NCBI GenBank assembly: GCA_965231125.1
Contig: OZ246414.1
Coordinates: 145,739-209,738 of the forward strand
DNA length: 64,000 bases
Reading direction: 5' to 3'
DNA from: an uncultured Gammaproteobacteria bacterium
GTDB taxonomy: Bacteria > Patescibacteriota > Microgenomatia > Woykebacterales > RBG-16-39-9b
In this document: in pieces, positions 55,716 through 64,000 of the stretch
Numbering within the stretch: the stretch's first letter is position 1
Layout of the letters: each line of letters opens with the position of its first letter
Notes under the pieces: model-generated
The model's database searches: none
What the model was told of the DNA's origin: nothing
The model's input: the letters and a program-made list of their open reading frames with translations, nothing else
Translations under genes and position numbers: made by a program

Positions 55716-56000
55716 ATGGACACGGCAACTTTATTCACAATCATCATCATAATCATTGCTGTTATCTTGGTTGCTGTCGGTATTTACCTCCTTTTAGTTC
55801 TTCATGAAGCAAGAAATAGTTTGAAAAAGACTAACCGCATTTTGGATCATTTAGAGTCTGTAGCAAACGTCATCGACACAAAAATAGCCCGTCCGGCTGG
55901 CTCCATCTCCGGTATTTTAGTAGCGCTAAAGGAAGGCTTAGAGCTGGTCTCCAGTTTCCGGAAAAATAACTCTCAAGAGGGCCAAAATGAACGATATTAG
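55716..56000 (+). CDS. Small membrane/coiled-coil protein (DUF948-like)
   Basis: N-terminal TM then coiled coil; paired with YtxH-like gene. Confidence 0.6.
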   Translation: MDTATLFTIIIIIIAVILVAVGIYLLLVLHEARNSLKKTNRILDHLESVANVIDTKIARPAGSISGILVALKEGLELVSSFRKNNSQEGQNERY

Positions 56001-56265
56001 GGAGGATCATCATGAAGAAGGTTTTTACAAAGGATTAGTTTTTGGGTTGTTGCTCGGTGTGGGTTTAGTTTGGTTTTTAGGTACTAAAGAAGGCAAAAAG
56101 TTTAAGGAAGAACTAAGTGGTAAAGGCGAGGAGTTTATTGATAAAGCAAAGAAATCGATTGACCGGGCTTTGTCGGAAGAGTTTGTTCAGGACGATCCTT
56201 CAGCCCCAAAACTTTCGGAACCGGCCCAGCCTCTAAGTAATTATTTTGAAGACAGAAACCCCTAA
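55987..56265 (+). CDS. YtxH-like protein
   Basis: FYKGLVFGLLLG...TKEGKKFKEEL. Confidence 0.65.
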   Translation: MNDIREDHHEEGFYKGLVFGLLLGVGLVWFLGTKEGKKFKEELSGKGEEFIDKAKKSIDRALSEEFVQDDPSAPKLSEPAQPLSNYFEDRNP

Positions 56266-56567
56266 AAACTTGGCGAAGGATCGCTAAAGAGAAGTTTTTT
56301 CAAATTTGGTATGTAGTCGGGGAAATAACGTGATATAGCGGTGACATCAAACTCCTCGAGTATAGATTCCTTTGGCTCGCGAGAGAGTAAAAATTCAAAT
56401 GATTTTTGAACCACTTTTTCCGGCTCAAAAGAAGCCCCAATTCTTGTTAAAAAATCCCGGTCCATAGTTACTTTGTGGGCTGTTTGCGAACCATTCTCTT
56501 CGATTACCTCAACCTCAAAATGCCAGGCAAGATTGTTTTCCCGGGTTTTTACTTTTATCTGGGCCAT
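56262..56567 (-). CDS. Conserved hypothetical protein
   Basis: SFEFLL.REPKESIL..FD...ISRYFP.Y motif. Confidence 0.75.
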   Translation of the reverse strand: MAQIKVKTRENNLAWHFEVEVIEENGSQTAHKVTMDRDFLTRIGASFEPEKVVQKSFEFLLSREPKESILEEFDVTAISRYFPDYIPNLKKLLFSDPSPSF

Positions 56568-56599
56568 TAAGAATATTCTAAACTAAGATGGGATTGAAT

Positions 56600-57385
56600 T
56601 CAAGTACTCTTGATTTTTAAGAAAGTAAAGGTAAATAAATCGGCCGATAAAAGCGATAACAAAAAGAGGTCAATGGCGATATTAGGGAAGGTTAATGAAT
56701 AAAAAATTAAGAAGGTAGCCACCACAACTCCAAAGATGTATCTAAAATAACTGTAAATCGGAGAGGTTTGGGGTTCGGGCAGCATCACAAAAGCAAAAAG
56801 GGCTGCAACCGAGTCAGCAATTAAACTTAAAGTAAAGAGGCCCCGAAAATAAAGGAAAAGCCAGTACGCTATTAAAAAACCGACCGGTAACCAAAGCCTG
56901 TGAAGCCTAAAGAGCACAAAGGAAGCCGCGATAAAAAGAAAAAGGGAGATATAGCTGCTCCAGGAAACCCCCCACCAGGTGATGGCCCCTTTAAAAAGAA
57001 GTGAGGAGAATACCAGACCAAAGGAAGCTGGATTAAATATATGTTTTCTGCCGGATAGTATTAGATATTTTGAGGCGGTCGCGGTGGCGGCCACCAAAAC
57101 AAATTGCCAAATTGCAAAATTTGGATTCAGTATTAACCCAATCAATAAACCAGTTACCACAGCTGATCTGGGCCAGACCCATTTTTTCAATTTTATTTTT
57201 AGAGCTAATCCATCCAAGACTAAAGCAGTTACTAAGGCCGCGGCAATGTTGTCCGCCTGTTCCCGAAAACCACCAATCAGAGTAGTGTAGATGGCGATGA
57301 TAAGGAGAATAACCCCAATTTGGACTCGCGCGTCATAAAGGATAAGATCAACAGCAGCTTTTGCGAAAGAATTTGATTTATCCAC
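56600..57385 (-). CDS. RnfD/NqrB-like membrane protein (stand-alone)
   Basis: SAVVTGLLIGLIL, KHIFNPA, FVMLPEPQTSP. Confidence 0.75.
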   Translation of the reverse strand: MDKSNSFAKAAVDLILYDARVQIGVILLIIAIYTTLIGGFREQADNIAAALVTALVLDGLALKIKLKKWVWPRSAVVTGLLIGLILNPNFAIWQFVLVAATATASKYLILSGRKHIFNPASFGLVFSSLLFKGAITWWGVSWSSYISLFLFIAASFVLFRLHRLWLPVGFLIAYWLFLYFRGLFTLSLIADSVAALFAFVMLPEPQTSPIYSYFRYIFGVVVATFLIFYSLTFPNIAIDLFLLSLLSADLFTFTFLKIKST

Positions 57386-57430
57386 GAGGTATATTTTAGT
57401 TTATGGTAGACTTTTATACAAACAGTTGAG

Positions 57431-57739
57431 ATGATTAAACAAGAGCTTGTTTTTAAGATAGTCTCTTCGATACCAAAAGGTAAAGTAGCTACTTACGGAC
57501 AAGTGGCAAAAATTGCCGGTATCAAAAACCCAAGAAGCGTCGGAAGTCACCTCCATAAAAATAAAGACCCGGAAAATATACCATGCCACCGAGTGGTCGA
57601 CAGAGATGGTAGAGTGGCCGACAATTACGCTTTCGGCGGGTCTAGCGGACAAATTAAAAAGTTAGAAAAAGAAGGCGTTGGGTTTATTGGAAATGCTGTT
57701 GATTTAAGTAAATATATTTGGAAAGTAAATGAAGTTTAG
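57431..57739 (+). CDS. MGMT/Ogt-family DNA alkyl-repair protein (C-terminal domain only)
   Basis: IPKGKVATYGQVA, PCHRVV. Confidence 0.9.
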   Translation: MIKQELVFKIVSSIPKGKVATYGQVAKIAGIKNPRSVGSHLHKNKDPENIPCHRVVDRDGRVADNYAFGGSSGQIKKLEKEGVGFIGNAVDLSKYIWKVNEV

Positions 57740-57740
57740 G

Positions 57741-58727
57741 TTATTTAGGAGCAATAAACCTTTTGTTTAGTTCAAAGCTTAGGTAGCCCGTCCCCATAAT
57801 TATTAATCCAGCGATAATCAAAGAGATAGGCCAGCCGATACTTTCGCTGAAGTATTCAGCAGTTAACTTGAAAATCTCAGCAAAAGTAAACAAAGTAGCC
57901 AAAACTAAGAAAACTTTGTTTTGCAGCTTTATGCTACCGTAAAAGACTAATACTAACAGTGCTGGAAAAGTCAGTTGCCAAAAAACGTTAACTTCAGGTT
58001 TGAATCCTTGTAGAGTTAGTGCAGATCCTAGAAATGCCCCTAGTCCGAAAAGATACGTAATGTCTTTCATAAAACTCATAGTTTCTTTGGAGGAAAAGTA
58101 ATAGCCAAAAGAAATGTAAGATAAACCTAAAATCAGAAATCTATATTGAGTAAAATGGTCAGTCTCCCCACCAGGACCAAATATATAATCGGTAAAGCTA
58201 AAAAACAAAGCAGAGGCGGCAATAATCGAAAAAGGCAAAAAAATCTTTGCCTTCAATGAGTGGAATGAAGAAAAATAGACAAGGAAAAGCAGTGCAAGAT
58301 TAATACTTACCGCCCCAGGATTGGTGGCTGAAATACCAATGGTGTCTAGGGCTGTTCCGACACCGATGGGAAACAAGGCAGCAGAAATTATCAAAAAAGC
58401 GTGACCGAAATCTTTACTAACCGTATTGTGATAGAAATAGTAACCGAGAGCATAAGCGGATACTGCGCTGCCCAAAGTTAGGATAGTTTTGGATATTTGG
58501 CTCATCTCACCCCAAAACTGGTAGACAAAAAACACGATACCAATGAGAACAATAAATCCACCGATATAATACATTATCTTCTGCAGATTTATCTTGCTGT
58601 CTGCAGTTGTGGTTTGGGGTGTTGCTCCATCAAATATTTTTAGTACTTGGTCTTTAGTTATGAGACCCTCTTTTGCTAAAGCGGTGAGATCTCCGAGGAC
58701 TTGATCAACTTTTGTTGGCTCATTCAT
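57741..58727 (-). CDS. Multi-pass membrane protein (DUF2157-like)
   Basis: EGLITKDQ N-terminus, YIGG..VLIGIVFFV...W; about nine TMs. Confidence 0.7.
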   Translation of the reverse strand: MNEPTKVDQVLGDLTALAKEGLITKDQVLKIFDGATPQTTTADSKINLQKIMYYIGGFIVLIGIVFFVYQFWGEMSQISKTILTLGSAVSAYALGYYFYHNTVSKDFGHAFLIISAALFPIGVGTALDTIGISATNPGAVSINLALLFLVYFSSFHSLKAKIFLPFSIIAASALFFSFTDYIFGPGGETDHFTQYRFLILGLSYISFGYYFSSKETMSFMKDITYLFGLGAFLGSALTLQGFKPEVNVFWQLTFPALLVLVFYGSIKLQNKVFLVLATLFTFAEIFKLTAEYFSESIGWPISLIIAGLIIMGTGYLSFELNKRFIAPK

Positions 58728-59208
58728 TTGTTACCCACCCGATCAATTTAAATTGGTAAGTATCACCTAAGATTTGGATTTTTTTGTTTAGTCCATGACC
58801 TTTCAAATAGTATCCACCATCGTAGCTATCATACCAGAAGGGGAAGAATCCGCCCCCTCCATAGCTTGTTTCAACCGTAAAGCCATCTGGTGATTTGTTC
58901 GACGGATCCACATTATAGGCTTGGGTTTGCCCCGTGGTTATTTGGGTACTTTTATCGTTAGATACATCGTATAAATAAAATGTTGGCGTTGAAGTATTAG
59001 AGTAGCTTTGATTGTCAGAGTATGTAGGTGAGACTGTAATTTTACCATTGACCGTGCTTATGTTGTAATTGTAATAATATCCAGTAGCGTAGATAAAATT
59101 GTACTTGGGTTTTACAAATAATGATGGGATGTACGTGGAGAGGACAATGTATGCTACAAGCAATAATGGAAGCCCGATACCAACAAATAATGGCAGCTTA
59201 TCTTTCAT
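58720..59208 (-). CDS. Hypothetical membrane-anchored protein
   Basis: N-terminal TM, PKYNFIYA, SPDGF, FKLIGWV. Confidence 0.7.
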   Translation of the reverse strand: MKDKLPLFVGIGLPLLLVAYIVLSTYIPSLFVKPKYNFIYATGYYYNYNISTVNGKITVSPTYSDNQSYSNTSTPTFYLYDVSNDKSTQITTGQTQAYNVDPSNKSPDGFTVETSYGGGGFFPFWYDSYDGGYYLKGHGLNKKIQILGDTYQFKLIGWVTNE

Positions 59209-59313
59209 GGCTTATTAATCTAAGTTTAGTGTTAACGACTAGCACATGTCAACCTAATAGCAATTGCTAAAAAGAAAGGGGCAAGAAGGTTCTTGCCCCG
59301 TTTGAGTTTTGTC

Positions 59314-60414
59314 CTACGGATACCACTTGCCACTGGTTAGCCGCGCGTAGTATCTTCCGTTAATCCAAAACCCGTCAGAATATAACGATTTGGTTGGACA
59401 AGACCAGGCAAGTGTTGCTCTGGGCTCCCGTCCGTCTTTGATGTACTGGCGAACAAGGTTCGCCTCGTCTAGACTATTGCAGAGGATTTGAAACTCAAAG
59501 TGAAGGTGGGCTCCGCAAGCAAGACCAGAGTTTCCCGACACTGCAATCTCCTCACCTCTCTTCACTTTTTGTCCGGGCGAGACTAGCGCGCTGCCTTTCT
59601 TCAAGTGAACGAAGGTTACTTGGGTGGTAGAGTCGGTCTTGATAACGATAACATTTGCTCTCGCCCGCAGAGCAAAATTGTTAAAGTCGCACTTTCCTGG
59701 GCCAAAACTATCCTCTACCCAAAGTACAGTGCCGTCGGTCGGTGCACACACGTTGAAAGATCCTTCAAAATCGTACGCGTTTGCAGTGTAAGGTGGTCCG
59801 TGATTACCTTCACCGGGAACTTGACTAACGCGGTGGGATCCAGAACACCAAGGAAGATTGTAGCTAGCCGGGACATTGCTCTCTGCGATAACCTGATCTT
59901 GAAACGGCAAACTGCCAGCTGGCTTGGATAGTTTGTTCGCTCGAACTGTAACGTAGAGATCGTTGAAGTCAAGGTTCGCTGGATTGTCGCTGTCCTCCCA
60001 ATCTATACTCCATTTCGCGTCGCTTGTGTGTTTTACATAAGCATGGAGCGGATCGGTTGAGAGGTATTCACCGTGACAAAGAAAAGTTCCGGGTTTGATG
60101 GCAAGAACTATTTTGGTTCCAGCTTCATACGGACCAATTGTTACTGATTGGGTTTGCTTTGCAGCGTAATCGTCAATAAGTAGTGGGCTTTCGATTGCGC
60201 CGGAAGGGTCGCGTCGTTGCGGGTGGTAAAGAGTTAGTGAACCCTCGGTACAAGAGAGTTCTCCGAGGCGCGAGGTAATGGTTAGCGTTCCGTAATATGG
60301 CATCGAAATGTCGCCGCTTCTCAGTGAAGGCGGAGATATTAGGCTTGCCTCAACCTCTTTTGGCAAAAGGAATAGGAAGGCAGTTGCCAGCAGGGCGTAA
60401 AGCGCGTAACGCAC
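59314..60414 (-). CDS. Secreted M23 peptidase with N-terminal DUF4114-like domain
   Basis: Signal peptide; WED...DFNDLYVTV; H...AYDF, FVHL, GAHLHFE; AAGGAG SD. Confidence 0.8.
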   Translation of the reverse strand: MRYALYALLATAFLFLLPKEVEASLISPPSLRSGDISMPYYGTLTITSRLGELSCTEGSLTLYHPQRRDPSGAIESPLLIDDYAAKQTQSVTIGPYEAGTKIVLAIKPGTFLCHGEYLSTDPLHAYVKHTSDAKWSIDWEDSDNPANLDFNDLYVTVRANKLSKPAGSLPFQDQVIAESNVPASYNLPWCSGSHRVSQVPGEGNHGPPYTANAYDFEGSFNVCAPTDGTVLWVEDSFGPGKCDFNNFALRARANVIVIKTDSTTQVTFVHLKKGSALVSPGQKVKRGEEIAVSGNSGLACGAHLHFEFQILCNSLDEANLVRQYIKDGREPRATLAWSCPTKSLYSDGFWINGRYYARLTSGKWYP

Positions 60415-60542
60415 GGGTCTCTTCTCCTTAGAAAGATCTCTCGCGGTTTGGACAGATTGTTCAGGTGCCTTCCCGTTTTAACAATAAAATGTTGGGCAGT
60501 CAAGACTAACAAACTATATTTTTCTGATATAATCTTAACCGT

Positions 60543-62354
60543 ATGACGGCGAGCGAGCTACGAAAAAAATATTTAGAGTTTTTTGAAAAAAGAGGGCATG
60601 TCCGTATCCCTTCGGCTTCCCTTGTTCCATCCGATAAAGTGGAGCTGGCGGGGACGCAAAGAGTGCTTTTTACGACCGCCGGAATGCACCCCCTAATACC
60701 TTATCTATTAGGTGAGCCGCATCCTGGCGGTAGAAGGTTAGTTAATGTTCAAAAATCACTGCGCACCGATGACATTGATGAAGTGGGAGATTCCTGGCAC
60801 AACACTTTTTTTGAAATGTTGGGGAATTGGTCTCTTGGCGATCCAGCCCCGCAGGACGGTATTGGTCAAGGTGGGTACTGGAAAGAGGAAGCGATAAGCT
60901 GGTCCTACGAATTTTTAACAAAAGAACTCTCGATACCACATGAAAAACTTTGGGTCACTGTTTTCGAAGGCGATAAAGATTCTCCGGCTGATTTAGAGTC
61001 TGTAAAGATATGGAGAAGTCTTGGCATCCCCGAAGGAAAAATTGTACCTTTGCCTAAAAAAGACAATTGGTGGGGGCCGGTTGGTGAGACAGGTCCTTGT
61101 GGACCGGATACAGAAATGTTTGTGGATGCCACGGGTAAACCACACGGTGCGGGTTGTCGACCGGGGGATAGTTGTGGTCGTTTTTCAGAAGTTTGGAACG
61201 ATGTTTTTATGGAGTTTAATAGACAGGTTATCGGTGATAGGGTACAGGGTACAGTTGAATATAAATATGTTCCGTTAAAACAAAAGAATGTGGATACTGG
61301 TATGGGAGTAGAAAGAATGAGTGCAGTCCTGCAAGGAAAAGACAATATTTATGATACAGAACTCTTTTCCCCAGTAATTAAAAGACTCGAACAGTTATCA
61401 TCAAACTGGAACCTAAAATCGGCTAGAGTTGTGGCGGATCATTTGAGAGCAGCCGTTTTTCTCTTGGCTGAGGCTGTCACACCGTCTAACGTTGACCGTG
61501 GGTATGTGCTGCGGAGATTAATTCGTCGAGCAATTCGTCACGGCCGCTCCTTGGGCATTAATGAAAATTTAACCCGCGATGTTGCTAAAGAGTTCATCCA
61601 TATTTATGGGGAGGTTTACCCCGAAGTTAAATCAAATTCCGAGTCTATTCATGAGGAATTAAATAGTGAGGAGAAAAAATTCCAAAAAGTTTTGACAGAA
61701 GGGCTAAAAGAATTTGAAAAGCTAGGGGATAAAATTACCGGAAAAGACGCATTTTTTCTTTACGAGACATACGGTTTTCCACCAGAATTTACGTTTGAGC
61801 TTGCCGAGGATAAGAATTTAACGATCGATAAAACCGAGTTCAATGAGGAATTTAAGCGCCACCAAGAGCTGTCGCGATCAGGAGCAGCAAAAAAGTTTGC
61901 GGGAGGATTGGCGGATACTAGCGAAAAAGTAATTCGGGGGCACACGGCAACTCATTTACTCCATCAAGCCTTGCGGGATGTGCTTGGAGTCAGTGTCCAC
62001 CAGACTGGAAGCAATATAACCGCCGAGAGAATCCGTTTTGACTTTTCTTACGGTGAAAAACTAACGGAGGAACAAATTAAAAAGGTTGAAGATATAGTTA
62101 ATTCCAAAATTAATGAAGATCTTCCCGTCAAAAAAGAACTTATGAGCCAAGAAGAAGCAGATAAAAAAGGCGCCATCGGCCTTTTCAAAGAAAAATATGG
62201 AGACAAAGTCAATATTTACGAAATTGGGGACTATTCTACCGAATACTGCGGCGGGCCTCACGTCCAACATACCGACCAAGTGGGAAAATTCAAGGTTGTT
62301 AAGGAAGAATCAGTCGGTGCCGGAACAAGAAGAATCAAAGCAGTTTTGGAATAG
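60543..62354 (+). CDS. alaS: Alanine--tRNA ligase (compact, 603 aa)
   Basis: LFTTAGM, TFFEMLGNWS, DTGMGVER, HTATHLL, CGGPH. Confidence 0.97.
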   Translation: MTASELRKKYLEFFEKRGHVRIPSASLVPSDKVELAGTQRVLFTTAGMHPLIPYLLGEPHPGGRRLVNVQKSLRTDDIDEVGDSWHNTFFEMLGNWSLGDPAPQDGIGQGGYWKEEAISWSYEFLTKELSIPHEKLWVTVFEGDKDSPADLESVKIWRSLGIPEGKIVPLPKKDNWWGPVGETGPCGPDTEMFVDATGKPHGAGCRPGDSCGRFSEVWNDVFMEFNRQVIGDRVQGTVEYKYVPLKQKNVDTGMGVERMSAVLQGKDNIYDTELFSPVIKRLEQLSSNWNLKSARVVADHLRAAVFLLAEAVTPSNVDRGYVLRRLIRRAIRHGRSLGINENLTRDVAKEFIHIYGEVYPEVKSNSESIHEELNSEEKKFQKVLTEGLKEFEKLGDKITGKDAFFLYETYGFPPEFTFELAEDKNLTIDKTEFNEEFKRHQELSRSGAAKKFAGGLADTSEKVIRGHTATHLLHQALRDVLGVSVHQTGSNITAERIRFDFSYGEKLTEEQIKKVEDIVNSKINEDLPVKKELMSQEEADKKGAIGLFKEKYGDKVNIYEIGDYSTEYCGGPHVQHTDQVGKFKVVKEESVGAGTRRIKAVLE

Positions 62355-62406
62355 AGTTAGTAGCTCCGATATTCTTGTGCTATACTACTTTATATAATTT
62401 TCTGTC

Positions 62407-63351
62407 ATGGCGTTTTTAAAACTCCCATTTTCAAAAGAATCTAACAAAGAATTCCTCCTTATCGAAATCGGACTCGGTACTATCAACATGGCCCGGCTTT
62501 TGGTAGAACCAGAACCCAAAACAGCCGAGGTTAGTAGAAAGGCATTCTCCTCTATAGACAGTATGTTCAACGCCTCGTTAGAGGCAATCGATAGTCTGGC
62601 GGGACTTGTGGAAAACATTCCTAAAAAAGCTATTCTTGGGGTTTCGGGTGGACCAATCAAGACGGAAACAACAGTTGCGCAGTACACAAGACCGGATCCA
62701 AAAGACCCAATAACAAGCGAAGAAGTCGAAAAAGTTTTAGAAAAAGTATCAAGCGAGCAGGATTATCCAAATTTTAAACTATTCTTTTCCACAATTGCTT
62801 CAGCGACAATTGACGGCACAAGAGTTTCTAACCCAATTGGAATAAAAGGAGAAAAAGCCGCCCTTTCCTGTTTCATAGCGTATAAAAAGCCTGAGGAGCT
62901 AGCAGTTTTCGATAAACTGATTGATGAGATTGATATGGAACTCACAAAAATTATTCCCACTTCTTTTGCAGTTGCCAAGATAATGCTTCAGAAGGGAACT
63001 GAAAACGCTATTCTTATAAGAGTTGATAATCTAAAATCCGAGGCTGTCTTTATAACCAAAAGCCACGTGAGCGAAATATTTCAATTTGACCTTGGTGCTT
63101 CTAGCCCGGAGCATTTTCTTTTTGGTGTCGAAGTAGCGCTGGAGAAATTTAAAAAAGAAGGTTCCCCTGACTTGATTTGGTTATACCCAGACAGTCAAAA
63201 TGTAGAGCTCGACAGCCTTAAGGAAAAATTAGAAAGTTTTTCTTGGAAAGAGGCTGGTTTAGAACAGGTACCCAAGATTCAGATAGCCGAAAAAACTTCT
63301 GGGCAGGCGGATACCGGTCTTGAAGCTCTAACCATGGAGGCGATATCATGA
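62407..63351 (+). CDS. Hypothetical protein, degenerate FtsA/actin-like
   Basis: FLLIEIG N-terminus, IDGTRVSNPIG motif; ATP-binding motifs not evident. Confidence 0.5.
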   Translation: MAFLKLPFSKESNKEFLLIEIGLGTINMARLLVEPEPKTAEVSRKAFSSIDSMFNASLEAIDSLAGLVENIPKKAILGVSGGPIKTETTVAQYTRPDPKDPITSEEVEKVLEKVSSEQDYPNFKLFFSTIASATIDGTRVSNPIGIKGEKAALSCFIAYKKPEELAVFDKLIDEIDMELTKIIPTSFAVAKIMLQKGTENAILIRVDNLKSEAVFITKSHVSEIFQFDLGASSPEHFLFGVEVALEKFKKEGSPDLIWLYPDSQNVELDSLKEKLESFSWKEAGLEQVPKIQIAEKTSGQADTGLEALTMEAIS

Positions 63352-64000
63352 AGCTTTTGGAGTTTGGCGAAGGGACAAATCTTTCGCAAATTTTAGATTC
63401 AATAAAGGCAACTGAAGAGGAGGAGGTTCAGATCCGGCTGCTGGCCTCCTCATCACTCTCTACGAGTCAGGTTAATAGGGAAATTATTGAAAAGTTCGCC
63501 GAGAAGGTTGGCAAGAAAGTTAGTATTCAAGGCTCGTCTGTGCCAGAAAAGCCCCAAAGCGATTTTAATTTTGTTGAAGGCAAGGATATAGCCCAAGAAA
63601 CTGAGGCGGAAGAAGAAAAAGCCCCTGCTCCATCTATTTCAGGACCAGTTGAGGAAAGGCCATCTCCAGAACCAATACCTCTAAAAAAGAAACCAGTTGG
63701 CCCTGGTGGGTTCTTCGGTAAATTAAAGGGCCGAAAAAAACTGGCGGTTTTAGTTACCGGGGCCATCTCGACTTTCATGGTTCTGGGGGCCGTCTTTTTC
63801 TGGTTTTTGCCTTCGGCGACAGTTAACATTACGGCGCAAAAGCAGTCTAAGATAATTCAAGAATCCTTAAGCGCCTCCGCAAGTGCTACCGATGTAGATA
63901 CAAAAAATAAAGTGATCCCGTTAAGTATTGAAGAGGTTACGGAATCCGATATTGCCACGGCGACTGCCTCCGGAAAACTTACCGTCGGAACGCCGGCTAA
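63348..64000 (+). CDS. Membrane protein, baseplate-J-like as seen in CPR (3'-truncated by window edge)
   Basis: ATG 63348 overlaps upstream stop; acidic/Pro linker, TM, then LPSATVNITA and TASGK..VGTPA. Confidence 0.55.
   Translation, partial: MKLLEFGEGTNLSQILDSIKATEEEEVQIRLLASSSLSTSQVNREIIEKFAEKVGKKVSIQGSSVPEKPQSDFNFVEGKDIAQETEAEEEKAPAPSISGPVEERPSPEPIPLKKKPVGPGGFFGKLKGRKKLAVLVTGAISTFMVLGAVFFWFLPSATVNITAQKQSKIIQESLSASASATDVDTKNKVIPLSIEEVTESDIATATASGKLTVGTPA

Noticed and set aside
60543-62354. AlaS, IF-2, Pgk and HolA shorter than usual
   Set aside because: Catalytic motifs are intact and there are no frameshifts; consistent with genome streamlining rather than pseudogenes
1-64000. CRISPR array, integrase/transposase, prophage, rRNA
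   Set aside because: No regularly spaced direct repeats, recombinase motifs, phage structural cluster or rRNA signature seen

Overview
Gene-dense bacterial chromosome segment, read cleanly with the standard genetic code. Gene content and compact housekeeping proteins (short AlaS, MetG and Pgk; degenerate FtsA-like plus baseplate-J-like pair; pilN/pilO; FemAB-like; few SD sites on core genes) suggest Patescibacteria/CPR, probably Microgenomates-like (inference). Core loci: envelope glycosyltransferases, tatD, metG, rmuC, two UvrD-family helicases, trxA-pgk-tpiA-LCP-holA, rpsT, murJ-lepA, hrcA-grpE-dnaK...dnaJ, nusA-infB-rpsO-pnp-udg-rnj-ftsK, alaS, and a normal tRNA-Cys. The most striking feature lies between dnaJ and nusA: a minus-strand transcription unit (TTGACA-17-TAAAAT promoter, terminator hairpin) with five CCA-ended tRNA-like RNAs whose acceptor ends do not match their anticodons (or which lack an anticodon), plus a 30-aa hydrophobic ORF. 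Other points of interest: orphan genes with consensus promoters, strong SD sites and structured leaders/trailers; a ~750-nt structured region that displays SD sequences in hairpin loops; a dispersed YTAG-hairpin-CGCARG repeat; in-frame heptamer-repeat insertions in core genes; and a 6S/SRP-like long hairpin. All structures were folded by eye and no searches were run.
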